A stretch of 22,254 bases of DNA from a virus (taxonomy: Duplodnaviria > Heunggongvirae > Uroviricota > Caudoviricetes), in IMG/VR virus record IMGVR_UViG_2529292906_000020, positions 1-22,254 of that record; one strand, written 5' to 3'. The position numbers and the translations under genes were made by a program. Shown one piece after another: positions 7,282-15,132 of this stretch (position 1 is its first letter; the number at the start of each line of letters is the position of its first letter). Below the pieces are notes generated by a model, which was not told the DNA's origin, did no database searches, and saw only the letters and a program-made list of their open reading frames with translations.

Positions 7282-8678
7282 AATAAACGCTCCGTTTTAC
7301 TGCCCGACATGCGGTTATTGCTGTATCTGCGCGGATTGCCCGGCGTCATGGGTGTGGAAAGAACCCGGGCACTCTCCTGGTCCACAGGCAGAAAATGTCC
7401 GTTATGAAAACGCCGGTAAATGGTCCCGAGTGTGCCATTACGCTGTTTCGTGATGTTGATTTCTGCTATGCCTCTGGCCTGTGTATCCGGGTTATACACC
7501 TCATCCCTGTAAAGCATCAGAATGATGTCGGCATCAGCCTCTATTTCCCCGGAGTTTTTCAGGTCTGAGTTCATGGGACGTTTATTGGGTCTGGATTCCA
7601 CGCCTCGGGAGAGCTGGCTCAGAGCAATCAGCGGGAAACCGCCGGATTTTGCCAGGCTTTTAAGTCCCTTTGAGATTTCCCCCACAGCAAGGTCGTGACG
7701 CCCCGTGCTGCGGGTTTTAATCAGACCGAGGTAATCGACCACCACCAGCGCCGTTTCCGGGTGTTTCATCCGGTGGTGCTTCGTGGTTGCACATATCTCA
7801 TCAATGGTCAGGTTTGCCTGATCCACCATCCAGATATTACGCCCCGTCATTCGTCCCACGCCCTGCGAGAAACGCGCCCAGTCTTCATCTTCAAAACGGG
7901 CAACAGACTTAAGACGGGATACCGGCATTCCACCGGCAGCAGACACCATACGTTCACCAATCTGGATGTTCGCCATCTCCATGGTGAACAGAAGCACGCC
8001 ATGCCCCTGCTCAGTCACCTTGTCGATGATGTCCAGCGCAAGTTCGGTTTTCCCCATCGAAGGACGGGCGGCAATGAATACCAGGTCACCGGGCTCCATA
8101 CCGCCCGTTTTTGCGTCCAGTTCATCAATACCGGTCATCAGCGCCCTGGATTTCTCCAGTCCCTGATTGCGGCATTCAACACGGTCGACCACTTCCGGAA
8201 GGACATCATCAATGTGAACCGGCTGAATGACGCCCTTTCCGGTCGACAGTGAGGCCATCATGTTCTGCACATCCTTCAGGGCATCCTCGGCTGCTTCACA
8301 GGTATACGCATCACGTAAATTCTGTAATGCTTCAGTCAGTGTTTTTTCTGCATCGCGCAGTGCGGCATTGCGCCGCAACGCTGCGACATAGTGCTCCAGT
8401 GAAGACTTCACCCAGGTTTTGCGTCCGGTGTCGGTAATCACCGGGGCAAGTTCCGGCATCTCATTGCACAGCAGTACGGGGTCAATGACGCCGGATATGC
8501 GAGCCTGTCTGCAAATCCCCGCGTAAATATCCCGGTACTGACGCACAAAAAATACATCCGCCGGAAGTGTGGCCAGAATATCCATCACTTCCGGATCGGC
8601 CCCACGCAGAAAAAACGCACCGATGACAGCGCCTTCCAGGTCATCGTTACGCCATGCCGGGGTGTTCTGGCTGGTCAT
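7278..8678 (-). CDS. Replicative DNA helicase, DnaB-like
   Basis: 466 aa; Walker A IAARPSMGKTELAL as in DnaB family; start ATG overlaps stop of upstream gene. Confidence 0.85.
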   Translation of the reverse strand: MTSQNTPAWRNDDLEGAVIGAFFLRGADPEVMDILATLPADVFFVRQYRDIYAGICRQARISGVIDPVLLCNEMPELAPVITDTGRKTWVKSSLEHYVAALRRNAALRDAEKTLTEALQNLRDAYTCEAAEDALKDVQNMMASLSTGKGVIQPVHIDDVLPEVVDRVECRNQGLEKSRALMTGIDELDAKTGGMEPGDLVFIAARPSMGKTELALDIIDKVTEQGHGVLLFTMEMANIQIGERMVSAAGGMPVSRLKSVARFEDEDWARFSQGVGRMTGRNIWMVDQANLTIDEICATTKHHRMKHPETALVVVDYLGLIKTRSTGRHDLAVGEISKGLKSLAKSGGFPLIALSQLSRGVESRPNKRPMNSDLKNSGEIEADADIILMLYRDEVYNPDTQARGIAEINITKQRNGTLGTIYRRFHNGHFLPVDQESARVLSTPMTPGNPRRYSNNRMSGSKTERLF

Positions 8679-9583
8679 GCGGCAACACCTCCGATACGAG
8701 AACGGTAGCTGGGCCAGTTAAACGACAACCAGTTGCGCCCGCCATCGGTGATCCTGTCGGCAATCCGGGGACTGATGAACGCCCACAATTCTTCCGGTGA
8801 AAGGTTGCTGATCAGGATAGTTGGCAAAATACCCTCATACCGGGCATTGATAATTTCCTGCAAAATGGCCATTTCAGCCGCACTGCCAAACTGAACGCCG
8901 ACTTCGTCGACAATCAGCAAATCCAGTGACGCATAATGCTCAATGACGTCATCCGCTGTTTTTTCACTGTCATTCCGCCAGCAGTTTTTCACAGCCCGGG
9001 TAAGGCGCATCACGTCGGTGATCTCCACACTGGCCAGATAGTTACGGATGATGTGTTTTGCCATTGATACCGCCAGATGATTTTTCCCGGTACCGCAACT
9101 GCCGGTCATAACAAGACTGGTACCGTTCTCCAGCATATCTGGCCAGTTCTCCGCATAGCGGCGACAGGCCGCAAGATTTCTGGCTGCGTCAGGATTAACC
9201 TCCAGATAATTATCAAACTCGCAGTCCCGAAAACGCAGAGCAATTCCGGCGTTATCAGTCAGTTCTTCCGCCTTGAGGGACGACAGTTCCATGGTCAAAT
9301 CACTGGCCTCAGCGATCAAGCAGTCAGGGCAGCATGAAATTTTTTCTCTGTCCTCGCCATTACGATCGATCCACACCAGTATATGCGTACGATATTTACC
9401 GTGTTTTTCGCAATATCCGCGACCTTCACGCATCAGGCAGGAACGATAAGGCCATGGCTTTTCGCCCTTCTGAGCAAATGCAATCTCTGCCCGTAACTCA
9501 TCCATTTCTGCCCGTAACTCATCCATTCGCGCCTGTAGTCTTGTTTGTTTCTCACGTTGGTCAATCGTCATCATCGCTGTCAC
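8675..9583 (-). CDS. Helicase loader, DnaC/IstB-like AAA+ ATPase
   Basis: 302 aa; Walker A MTGSCGTGKNHLA and Walker B LLIVDEVG. Confidence 0.8.
   Translation of the reverse strand: MTAMMTIDQREKQTRLQARMDELRAEMDELRAEIAFAQKGEKPWPYRSCLMREGRGYCEKHGKYRTHILVWIDRNGEDREKISCCPDCLIAEASDLTMELSSLKAEELTDNAGIALRFRDCEFDNYLEVNPDAARNLAACRRYAENWPDMLENGTSLVMTGSCGTGKNHLAVSMAKHIIRNYLASVEITDVMRLTRAVKNCWRNDSEKTADDVIEHYASLDLLIVDEVGVQFGSAAEMAILQEIINARYEGILPTILISNLSPEELWAFISPRIADRITDGGRNWLSFNWPSYRSRIGGVAA
9486..9527. repeat. Perfect 21-bp tandem duplication (TCTGCCCGTAACTCATCCATT x2) inside the DnaC-like gene
   Basis: Two identical adjacent 21-mers; in-frame, encoding the duplicated heptapeptide seen as MDELRAEMDELRAE. 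Confidence 0.9.
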
Positions 9584-9584
9584 C

Positions 9585-10577
9585 TCAGAATGTCAATTTG
9601 TTACTGGATTTACCGAATTTGTCAGACATGGCTCCCAGGCCAGCCAGGACATCGACCTGTCGCTGTCGCCCACCTCCGTGAGCGGCTGGCTGTTGCCAGT
9701 AATCTTCGAAGTGACGATCGGGTCCAAAGAACGTCGCAGCCTGCTTCACGAACTGTGTGCCGGTATTTCCTGTAGCACGTACCCAGGCGGCATACCGCTT
9801 CACGCCATCAAGCATGGTCTCCGGTTTTATTCCCTCCCTGATACGGGCTTTCCAGGCTTTGAAGGCTGCTGACTTGGAATTGCCACCAGCACGTTTGGGA
9901 TATTCCTGCCAGGCCTGTTCAAATTCCGGTGAATATTCCTGTCGGGCAGAACGCGCTGGCGCAGACGCGTCAGCGGATGCATCAATAGTGTTTTTAGTCT
10001 CCGTTGTAATCTCTGTAGTAATCTCTGTATTTGTATCAACATTCGGCGTATCCCCTGTTCCGTTATGACGTCGGGGGGTGTTCCGTTTTAACGTAATAGC
10101 TGTATCGCTGATTGCATTATTGCTGTTACTTTCTGGCGAAACAGAAGAAGGTGTGGTGATGGCCGCAATTGCCTGTGGGTTGATCCCGACAAACAAAATA
10201 TTGCTGCATTTCACCCCATCGAGCATTTCCACCGTGCGTAAATCCAGAGTAATAAACCCTGCATCGCGCAGACGCTTCAGCGCATCTGCGGTTTCCCTTT
10301 TCCCGAAACCAAACTGCTCAGCAAACGCCTGGTAGCTTCTTTGCAGTTTGTCGCCCTGAAAACGCTTGCGATATCCCAGCAACGCTCCGGTGTGCTCATC
10401 CCTGACCTCTGTCGGGCGGTACCAGTAAACGATCTCTGAAAGCAGAGCGATAGCCGTCGCATCCGGACGCCCACTGGGTAGTCGAATATATTTCCACCAG
10501 TTCGCAGGTGTAACATTGCCGGAAATATTAATTTGACCAATAGCCATAACTTCCGGTGTGGGGGCGTAACGGCTCAT
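9585..10577 (-). CDS. Replication initiator / replisome organiser (lambda O or P22 gp18 functional analogue)
   Basis: 330 aa; position immediately upstream of DnaC-like/DnaB-like genes; low-complexity linker with internal DNA repeats typical of an origin embedded in the initiator gene. Confidence 0.6.
   Translation of the reverse strand: MSRYAPTPEVMAIGQINISGNVTPANWWKYIRLPSGRPDATAIALLSEIVYWYRPTEVRDEHTGALLGYRKRFQGDKLQRSYQAFAEQFGFGKRETADALKRLRDAGFITLDLRTVEMLDGVKCSNILFVGINPQAIAAITTPSSVSPESNSNNAISDTAITLKRNTPRRHNGTGDTPNVDTNTEITTEITTETKNTIDASADASAPARSARQEYSPEFEQAWQEYPKRAGGNSKSAAFKAWKARIREGIKPETMLDGVKRYAAWVRATGNTGTQFVKQAATFFGPDRHFEDYWQQPAAHGGGRQRQVDVLAGLGAMSDKFGKSSNKLTF
9960..10130. repeat. Iteron-like repeat cluster and A+T-rich stretch (putative phage origin) inside the initiator gene
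   Basis: Perfect 12-bp tandem repeat GTAATCTCTGTA x2 at 10006-10029; two copies of TGTTCCGTT within about 40 bp; followed by A+T-rich sequence. Confidence 0.45.
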
Positions 10578-10873
10578 ACAACCTCCTTCCGCGGCATGAG
10601 AATTGTGTAGCCACGCGCAGGTTGTAGTCTGGCTTTTGCATCAATAGTAAGCGTTGCAATTTTTCGGATATGAAGATAACCAGCTCTTTCCAGTGCCAGG
10701 GTTTCCCTGAATATCGCTTGCTTAGAACAACAGCAGAAATCAGCAAGCACCTGATGATCAATAACTCTCTCGCCTTCACCGTCTGAAGAACCCGACATCA
10801 AAACACGCAACATAATCAGGCGCTGAATCGGGTTATCGAAAGCACATCCGCACACAAACTGAAAACAGTTCAC
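10574..10873 (-). CDS. Small HTH-containing protein (99 aa) in the cII-equivalent position
   Basis: Start overlaps stop of upstream gene; HTH-like segment LADFCCCSKQAIFRETLALERAGYL; assignment is positional. Confidence 0.45.
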   Translation of the reverse strand: MNCFQFVCGCAFDNPIQRLIMLRVLMSGSSDGEGERVIDHQVLADFCCCSKQAIFRETLALERAGYLHIRKIATLTIDAKARLQPARGYTILMPRKEVV

Positions 10874-11094
10874 GCCACACCTCCCAGACGCTTAAACATT
10901 TTTCCAGACAGAAATACCGCCAGAGGGTAACTGATGGTGTAGCTACGCCCCTGTAGTTCGCACACGACTTTCTGGCTTTCAGCGTTGACTAGGCAAACCC
11001 GCAGAACGTGACCGTTGCTGGTGGCGAACCACTGCCCCACACGGGGGCAACGGTTGTATCGGTGATACAGGGAATTAACGATGTGGCGGATCAT
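10870..11094 (-). CDS. Hypothetical phage protein (74 aa)
   Basis: Translationally coupled ORF within the rightward operon. Confidence 0.4.
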   Translation of the reverse strand: MIRHIVNSLYHRYNRCPRVGQWFATSNGHVLRVCLVNAESQKVVCELQGRSYTISYPLAVFLSGKMFKRLGGVA

Positions 11095-11285
11095 GGACGC
11101 ACCTCCACCGTAGTTACGTATTTAACCGGGCTACCTTTCATTGAGATGGTTTCACACATCTCTGCCGCTTTCAGTTCCGCTGTTTTTCTGGATTTATAGC
11201 GACGGTGCCAGACAGATACATCCGTGCGAACTGATACATCGTTTCTGTATTCCGTAGTGGAGATGATGATTTCGTAACTAATCAT
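11091..11285 (-). CDS. Hypothetical phage protein (64 aa)
   Basis: Start overlaps stop of Rha-like gene; coupled operon member. Confidence 0.4.
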   Translation of the reverse strand: MISYEIIISTTEYRNDVSVRTDVSVWHRRYKSRKTAELKAAEMCETISMKGSPVKYVTTVEVRP

Positions 11286-11845
11286 GGGCGAACCTCCTTG
11301 TCAGAACCATTCAGCCTGGAATCAACAAGTGCAGCGCCAAAAACAGCATCACCAACACGGTCGTACAGTTTGCTAGCCAGCGGAGATTCAACGGCCTTAA
11401 GCATTGGATAAAGCTGGCTTGTCCAGATTTGATGGATTTCACGCAAATGCAGGTATACGCCTCTGGCGTTTCGTGCGACAGCTGACATATCAGACGCATC
11501 GGCACCTGATAAACTCTTCTCCATCAGGTTAAAGGCGTTGATGTATGCCTCTTTGAACCGGGCAGCACGTTTACCAGTGAAGCCCATGGCAAGAAACGCA
11601 AAACCGTCGCGGGTGATTTGGTAACAAGGGAGCTTGCGTGTACCACCGTTCGGTTGATTTACCGAAATCGATGTCTCCGCAAAATTGCGGGCACAAAACT
11701 CAGGGGAACAATCCAGAGTGCGGATCTTTTTCAGCACATCGTCATGACGCTTGGAGAAGAAGTTGGCAACAGCCAAAGAAGTGGTAACGGCCTGGCCGTT
11801 GTCAATGGTGATTTCAGGTTGAGTGAGGGCTGGGATCGTAGCCAT
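11282..11845 (-). CDS. Rha-family phage regulatory protein (187 aa from the SD-supported start)
   Basis: ATG at 11845-11843 preceded by GGAGG at 8-nt spacing; ITIDNGQAVTTSLAVANFFSKRHDDVLKKIR...YQITRDGFAFLAMGFTGKRAARFKEAYINAFNLME matches the Rha/Bro-N-like pattern; the in-frame extension to 12145 has no SD. Confidence 0.65.
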   Translation of the reverse strand: MATIPALTQPEITIDNGQAVTTSLAVANFFSKRHDDVLKKIRTLDCSPEFCARNFAETSISVNQPNGGTRKLPCYQITRDGFAFLAMGFTGKRAARFKEAYINAFNLMEKSLSGADASDMSAVARNARGVYLHLREIHQIWTSQLYPMLKAVESPLASKLYDRVGDAVFGAALVDSRLNGSDKEVRP

Positions 11846-12010
11846 GATGGCAGCCTCCGTTGACAGTGAAAAACTTCCACCACCGGAAACGCCAATTTCA
11901 CTGGTGGTGAACTGGACGGGGTTGGCGTAACCGGCGTCAACGGAGACCGGCGCACCTTTCGGTGCCCCCGCCCAGCCCACCATAATCTGGATGTGAGCAA
12001 ATGCGGACGA

Positions 12011-12031
12011 TAAAAAAGACGCTGACGCGTC
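12011..12031 (-). terminator. Weak Rho-independent terminator (tR1-like) in the leader between the 235-aa gene and the Rha gene
   Basis: Minus strand GACGC-GUCA-GCGUC followed by UUUUUUA. Confidence 0.35.
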
Positions 12032-12168
12032 ATACATCGCCGTTGACAATTTCAGGACGCCAATCCCGGCACCCGCTTTATAAGGTGCGGAGACAGTGTA
12101 ACGTCCCGAAATTGCAGAATCAATATTTGGTCTTGAAATGATCATATAGCTGCTGATATCTTTAGAAC

Positions 12169-12255
12169 TGTTCTTGGATGTTTCGGAGCCGTTTTATGCG
12201 AAACAGCTCCCCGTTATTGATGTTGAGTGAGCCGGGTTACTCCCGGCTTTTTTTC
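12169..12255 (+). ncRNA. Candidate small antisense RNA (lambda oop-like), about 85 nt, two hairpins ending in a Rho-independent terminator
   Basis: Plus-strand -35 TTGAAA (12133-12138), 18-bp spacer, -10 TATCTT (12157-12162); hairpin GGAGCCGTTT/AAACAGCTCC; terminal hairpin AGCCGGG-TTACT-CCCGGCT plus T7 abutting the stop of the convergent 235-aa gene; no plus-strand CDS here. Confidence 0.4.
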
Positions 12256-12961
12256 ATCGCTGCCAACCAATAACCTGAAATAACCCCATTTTCGGGTGAT
12301 ACCAGCGAGTCCCTCGCGGTTCTGCTTCCTCCATAACCCGATAAAAAGCAGCCATAAACGGTTCCACAGCAACAATTGCGCGACGTGACAACAATCCGTC
12401 CGGCGTCATGAACTCATGTGTGTCTGTAGGAATTTGATAGGCGTTCACCAGATTGCGGCATTTATCATCTGACAAACCGGTTTTTGCTTTCAGTTGGCGA
12501 TATCCGGCATAGCCCTCACGAATAGTGCCCTTTTTAATTTGCTCGACTGTTTCAGCAACGTGGCTGACTTTTTCTTCCACCTGAGTGATCCGTTTCTGTT
12601 GGCGAACGGCTTCAAGAGCCATCGCGGCAACCATTTCGATTTCGCTCATTGGCTTACGGATCTGTTCTTCCAGTTCGCGCCAGCGATCTACCAGGCGAGC
12701 TGTGAATTCAGGACAGAGCTGTGCGACGACAATGATGCTGTCGCGCTTACCTCGTTCACCTTCGAATACATACGCGCTAGAAAATCGGCGAGGCCCAAGT
12801 GATTGTTTATTCTCAATTTCCACAGTCTGTGGAAATTGGATGATTCCCTTTTTAGCCAGTGTTTCAATAGTTCTCTTAACACTATCTGGTCGGCTTCCCA
12901 CCAACTCTGCGATCTCAACGCTGGTCATGGATGCTTTGCCGTTAAAAATTGCGGTGTTCAT
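12254..12961 (-). CDS. Phage regulatory protein with Rha/ORF6N-like winged-helix N-terminal domain (235 aa)
   Basis: AGGAGA 7 nt upstream of ATG; N-terminus MTSVEIAELVGSRPDSVKRTIETLAKKGII resembles Rha/ORF6N DNA-binding domains. Confidence 0.5.
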   Translation of the reverse strand: MNTAIFNGKASMTSVEIAELVGSRPDSVKRTIETLAKKGIIQFPQTVEIENKQSLGPRRFSSAYVFEGERGKRDSIIVVAQLCPEFTARLVDRWRELEEQIRKPMSEIEMVAAMALEAVRQQKRITQVEEKVSHVAETVEQIKKGTIREGYAGYRQLKAKTGLSDDKCRNLVNAYQIPTDTHEFMTPDGLLSRRAIVAVEPFMAAFYRVMEEAEPRGTRWYHPKMGLFQVIGWQR

Positions 12962-13185
12962 TGTTGGTCTCCTGTGGGCTTGTCATCTTCTGTATTCGCT
13001 AGACTTGGGTGTGTATATGGAATGCTCGGATCCAGATGACAAAGAATGGCAACATCCTCCGGAACACCTCGCGTTTTCCACTTTCCAACACCTTGACTGC
13101 CACGAGGCCTTCCTTTCTTTGGGAACCTGCGACCAATAGCGGCATTGGTTTTAAATTGAATTTTTAATATTTCATAAAGGGTCAT
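12958..13185 (-). CDS. Possible small basic protein (75 aa) in the cro position; uncertain
   Basis: Stop overlaps ATG of the 235-aa gene (ATGA); start lies about 30 nt downstream of the predicted pR -10; weak SD and several rare codons; no clear HTH. Confidence 0.3.
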   Translation of the reverse strand: MTLYEILKIQFKTNAAIGRRFPKKGRPRGSQGVGKWKTRGVPEDVAILCHLDPSIPYTHPSLANTEDDKPTGDQQ

Positions 13186-13199
13186 TCTTTAGTCTCACG

Positions 13200-13280
13200 C
13201 CAGATACTTTGTTATCCAACGATGTTAACCACAGGAACCCAAAGTATCAAGAAATTCTGTTACTTTAGTATCAACAGCCA
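13200..13280. promoter_or_regulatory. Divergent immunity promoter/operator region (pR-like leftward, pRM-like rightward, three operator-like repeats)
   Basis: Repeats GATACTTTGTTATC (13203-13216), CAAAGTATCAAG (13239-13250), TACTTTAGTATC (13261-13272); minus-strand -35 TTGATA (13245-13250) and -10 TAACAT (13222-13227); plus-strand -10 TAGTAT (13266-13271). Confidence 0.55.
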
Positions 13281-13296
13281 TGAGAGGAGAAGAAAA

Positions 13297-13953
13297 ATGA
13301 AGTCTTTAGGTGAACGTCTCATCAACGCACGGCAAAAAGCTGGGTTAACACAAGATGCGTTGGCTAAAAAAGCTGGGGTCACCAGAGTTGCAATAAGTAA
13401 AGCCGAGCAAGGCCTTACAAAAAGTTTCAACGGTGACACCCTTTTTAAAGTTGCAGCTGCACTGCGGTGTTCACCGCAGTGGCTTCAGAACGGAGATGAA
13501 AAAGATAAGCATTGGGAAAATAATGTTAAGAGCTGCCCACAGAGAGACACAGCACACTCTTACCCTGTAATTAACTGGGTTCAGGCAGGATTATTCGCAA
13601 CTTCTGGTGATGACTACAACATGTATGATCAGGATAATTGGAGGCATTCTGTAAAATACGCTGGTGAGAGGGGGTTCTGGCTGGAAGTGCACGGAGACTC
13701 AATGACTTCGCCCGTAGGAATAACATTTCCTGAAGGAATGTCGATCCTTGTCAACCCAGATAAAGAAGTTTTTTCAGGGTGTTACGTCATCGCCAGAAAA
13801 AAATCCACCAATGAAGCAACATTCAAAAAATATATTTCTGACATGGGAAAGGCGTTTCTAAAGCCCCTTAATCCACAATATCCAATCATAGAAATGGACA
13901 ATGATTGCGAAATAGTAGGTGTTGTGGTTGATGCCAGATGGGATATTTTCTGA
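13297..13953 (+). CDS. CI-like prophage repressor (HTH-XRE N-terminal domain plus S24/LexA-type autopeptidase C-terminal domain)
   Basis: ATG at 13297 with GAGGAGA at 7-nt spacing; HTH LTQDALAKKAGVTRVAISKAEQG; S24 signature GDSM plus downstream Lys. Confidence 0.85.
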   Translation: MKSLGERLINARQKAGLTQDALAKKAGVTRVAISKAEQGLTKSFNGDTLFKVAAALRCSPQWLQNGDEKDKHWENNVKSCPQRDTAHSYPVINWVQAGLFATSGDDYNMYDQDNWRHSVKYAGERGFWLEVHGDSMTSPVGITFPEGMSILVNPDKEVFSGCYVIARKKSTNEATFKKYISDMGKAFLKPLNPQYPIIEMDNDCEIVGVVVDARWDIF

Positions 13954-13974
13954 CCAGACACAAAACACAAAAAG

Positions 13975-14055
13975 AAACCAAAGTATCAAAAATCACTTGC
14001 TACGCCTTGATACCTTAGTTACCATAAAACAAAGTTCGTAACTGAGGTATCATCT
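13975..14055 (+). promoter_or_regulatory. OL/pL-like operator-promoter region downstream of the repressor gene
   Basis: Operator-like copies CAAAGTATCAAA (13979-13990), TTGATACC (14007-14014), AGGTATCAT (14045-14053) sharing the AAAGTATC/GATACTTT motif of the OR region; candidate -35 TTGCTA / -10 TACCAT. Confidence 0.45.
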
Positions 14056-14056
14056 C

Positions 14057-14560
14057 ATGATCAATAAAGCTACAACTCTTGACTGTCTCGAAGAACTGAA
14101 AAACCTCGGCAGCCTCATTACACTAATAGCAAAAGCAACACCTGATGCTACGCTCTCTAGCGATATAGAGTCATGCGCAGGACTGGCATGGGATATGACA
14201 AATAGCATATCCAGAAAGCTATCGTCAGCAATGCTTTTACAGAACAAAAATTCTGCAATCAACAACCGTCTTCGCACCCAACGCGAAGCCTGCGGCTTAA
14301 CAACCGCCGAACTCGCCAGGCTGCTCGATCTCGATGAAGAAATTATCATCCAGTGGGAGAGCGGAGAGTATGAACCAACTATCAGTATGCTTATCCCACT
14401 GGCAAATATTCTTGGCTGCGATGCGATGTGGCTGTTAACTGGTGAGGTTACTCCTCCGGAGCAACCAAAAAGTGAGGAGCAGCAACACCATGACGCATCT
14501 CAACAAGTTTGCCCCTTATCTCGCGAAGCTCTTCTACGGAAGAACCAATACCAATGGTGA
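14057..14560 (+). CDS. HTH-XRE DNA-binding protein with about 67-aa N-terminal extension (167 aa), first gene of the early-left operon
   Basis: GAGGT 8 nt upstream of ATG; HTH AINNRLRTQREACGLTTAELARLLDLDEEIIIQWESGEYEPTISMLIPLANILGCDAMWLL. Confidence 0.7.
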   Translation: MINKATTLDCLEELKNLGSLITLIAKATPDATLSSDIESCAGLAWDMTNSISRKLSSAMLLQNKNSAINNRLRTQREACGLTTAELARLLDLDEEIIIQWESGEYEPTISMLIPLANILGCDAMWLLTGEVTPPEQPKSEEQQHHDASQQVCPLSREALLRKNQYQW

Positions 14561-14688
14561 CATAATCGCCGCTTCGCCCCTCAAGGTACATGCGAACATT
14601 TTTATCAATCATTGCGGAAACAGTCTTAATATGAAAACACTTCTGAGACTCGCTATATAGCAGAACATATAAGTCAGCTGAGGAAACC

Positions 14689-15054
14689 ATGAAAAAGTTC
14701 GAAAACATAACTGTTCTCCATGTTGATGACTTTGATTATACAAACCCGGAACTTCTCCCGGAGGTTGTAAAGGCAATAGATGTTGCCGATATAGTGATTA
14801 GAGAAAAGAGAATTGTCAAAAACAGGCTCGTATGCACTTCAGGAGCAATGACAGAAACAACCTCACAGCAAGATAATTACGAAGGCATTTGCCTGGAGCC
14901 TGATTCATTTGCGGTAAATGTTTATCATTTATTGCATGCAACACAGGTATTACATATGTCCAGTAATCACGAAACGAAAACACTCGGCAGCGAAATTCTG
15001 AGTTTTGCATGTGAGTATACAAAAGCTGCTGCCGAAAAAGAATTAGCGCAATAA
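14689..15054 (+). CDS. Hypothetical early protein (121 aa)
   Basis: GAGGAA SD before ATG; no recognisable motif. Confidence 0.6.
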   Translation: MKKFENITVLHVDDFDYTNPELLPEVVKAIDVADIVIREKRIVKNRLVCTSGAMTETTSQQDNYEGICLEPDSFAVNVYHLLHATQVLHMSSNHETKTLGSEILSFACEYTKAAAEKELAQ

Positions 15055-15132
15055 CAACAAATATGCCCTGAACGTTTATTGCGGTTTTATCGCCGGGGAT
15101 TGTTACAACCTTAAACCACAGGAGGCTTTATT

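Noticed and set aside
7695-8437. Plus-strand ORFs 7695-8252, 7966-8166 and 8249-8437 antisense to the DnaB-like gene
   Set aside because: Shadow ORFs inside a well-supported helicase gene
11846-12145. N-terminal 100-codon extension of the Rha-like ORF (start 12145)
   Set aside because: No SD at 12145, low-complexity translation, overlaps predicted regulatory elements, whereas ATG 11845 has an ideal GGAGG and begins exactly where Rha-type homology starts
14448-14708. Minus-strand 86-aa ORF with GGAGA RBS
   Set aside because: Its 5' end overlaps head-on the RBS and start of the plus-strand 121-aa gene and it contains several rare codons (CTA, ATA, AGG, CGA); listed under findings only as an unresolved ambiguity
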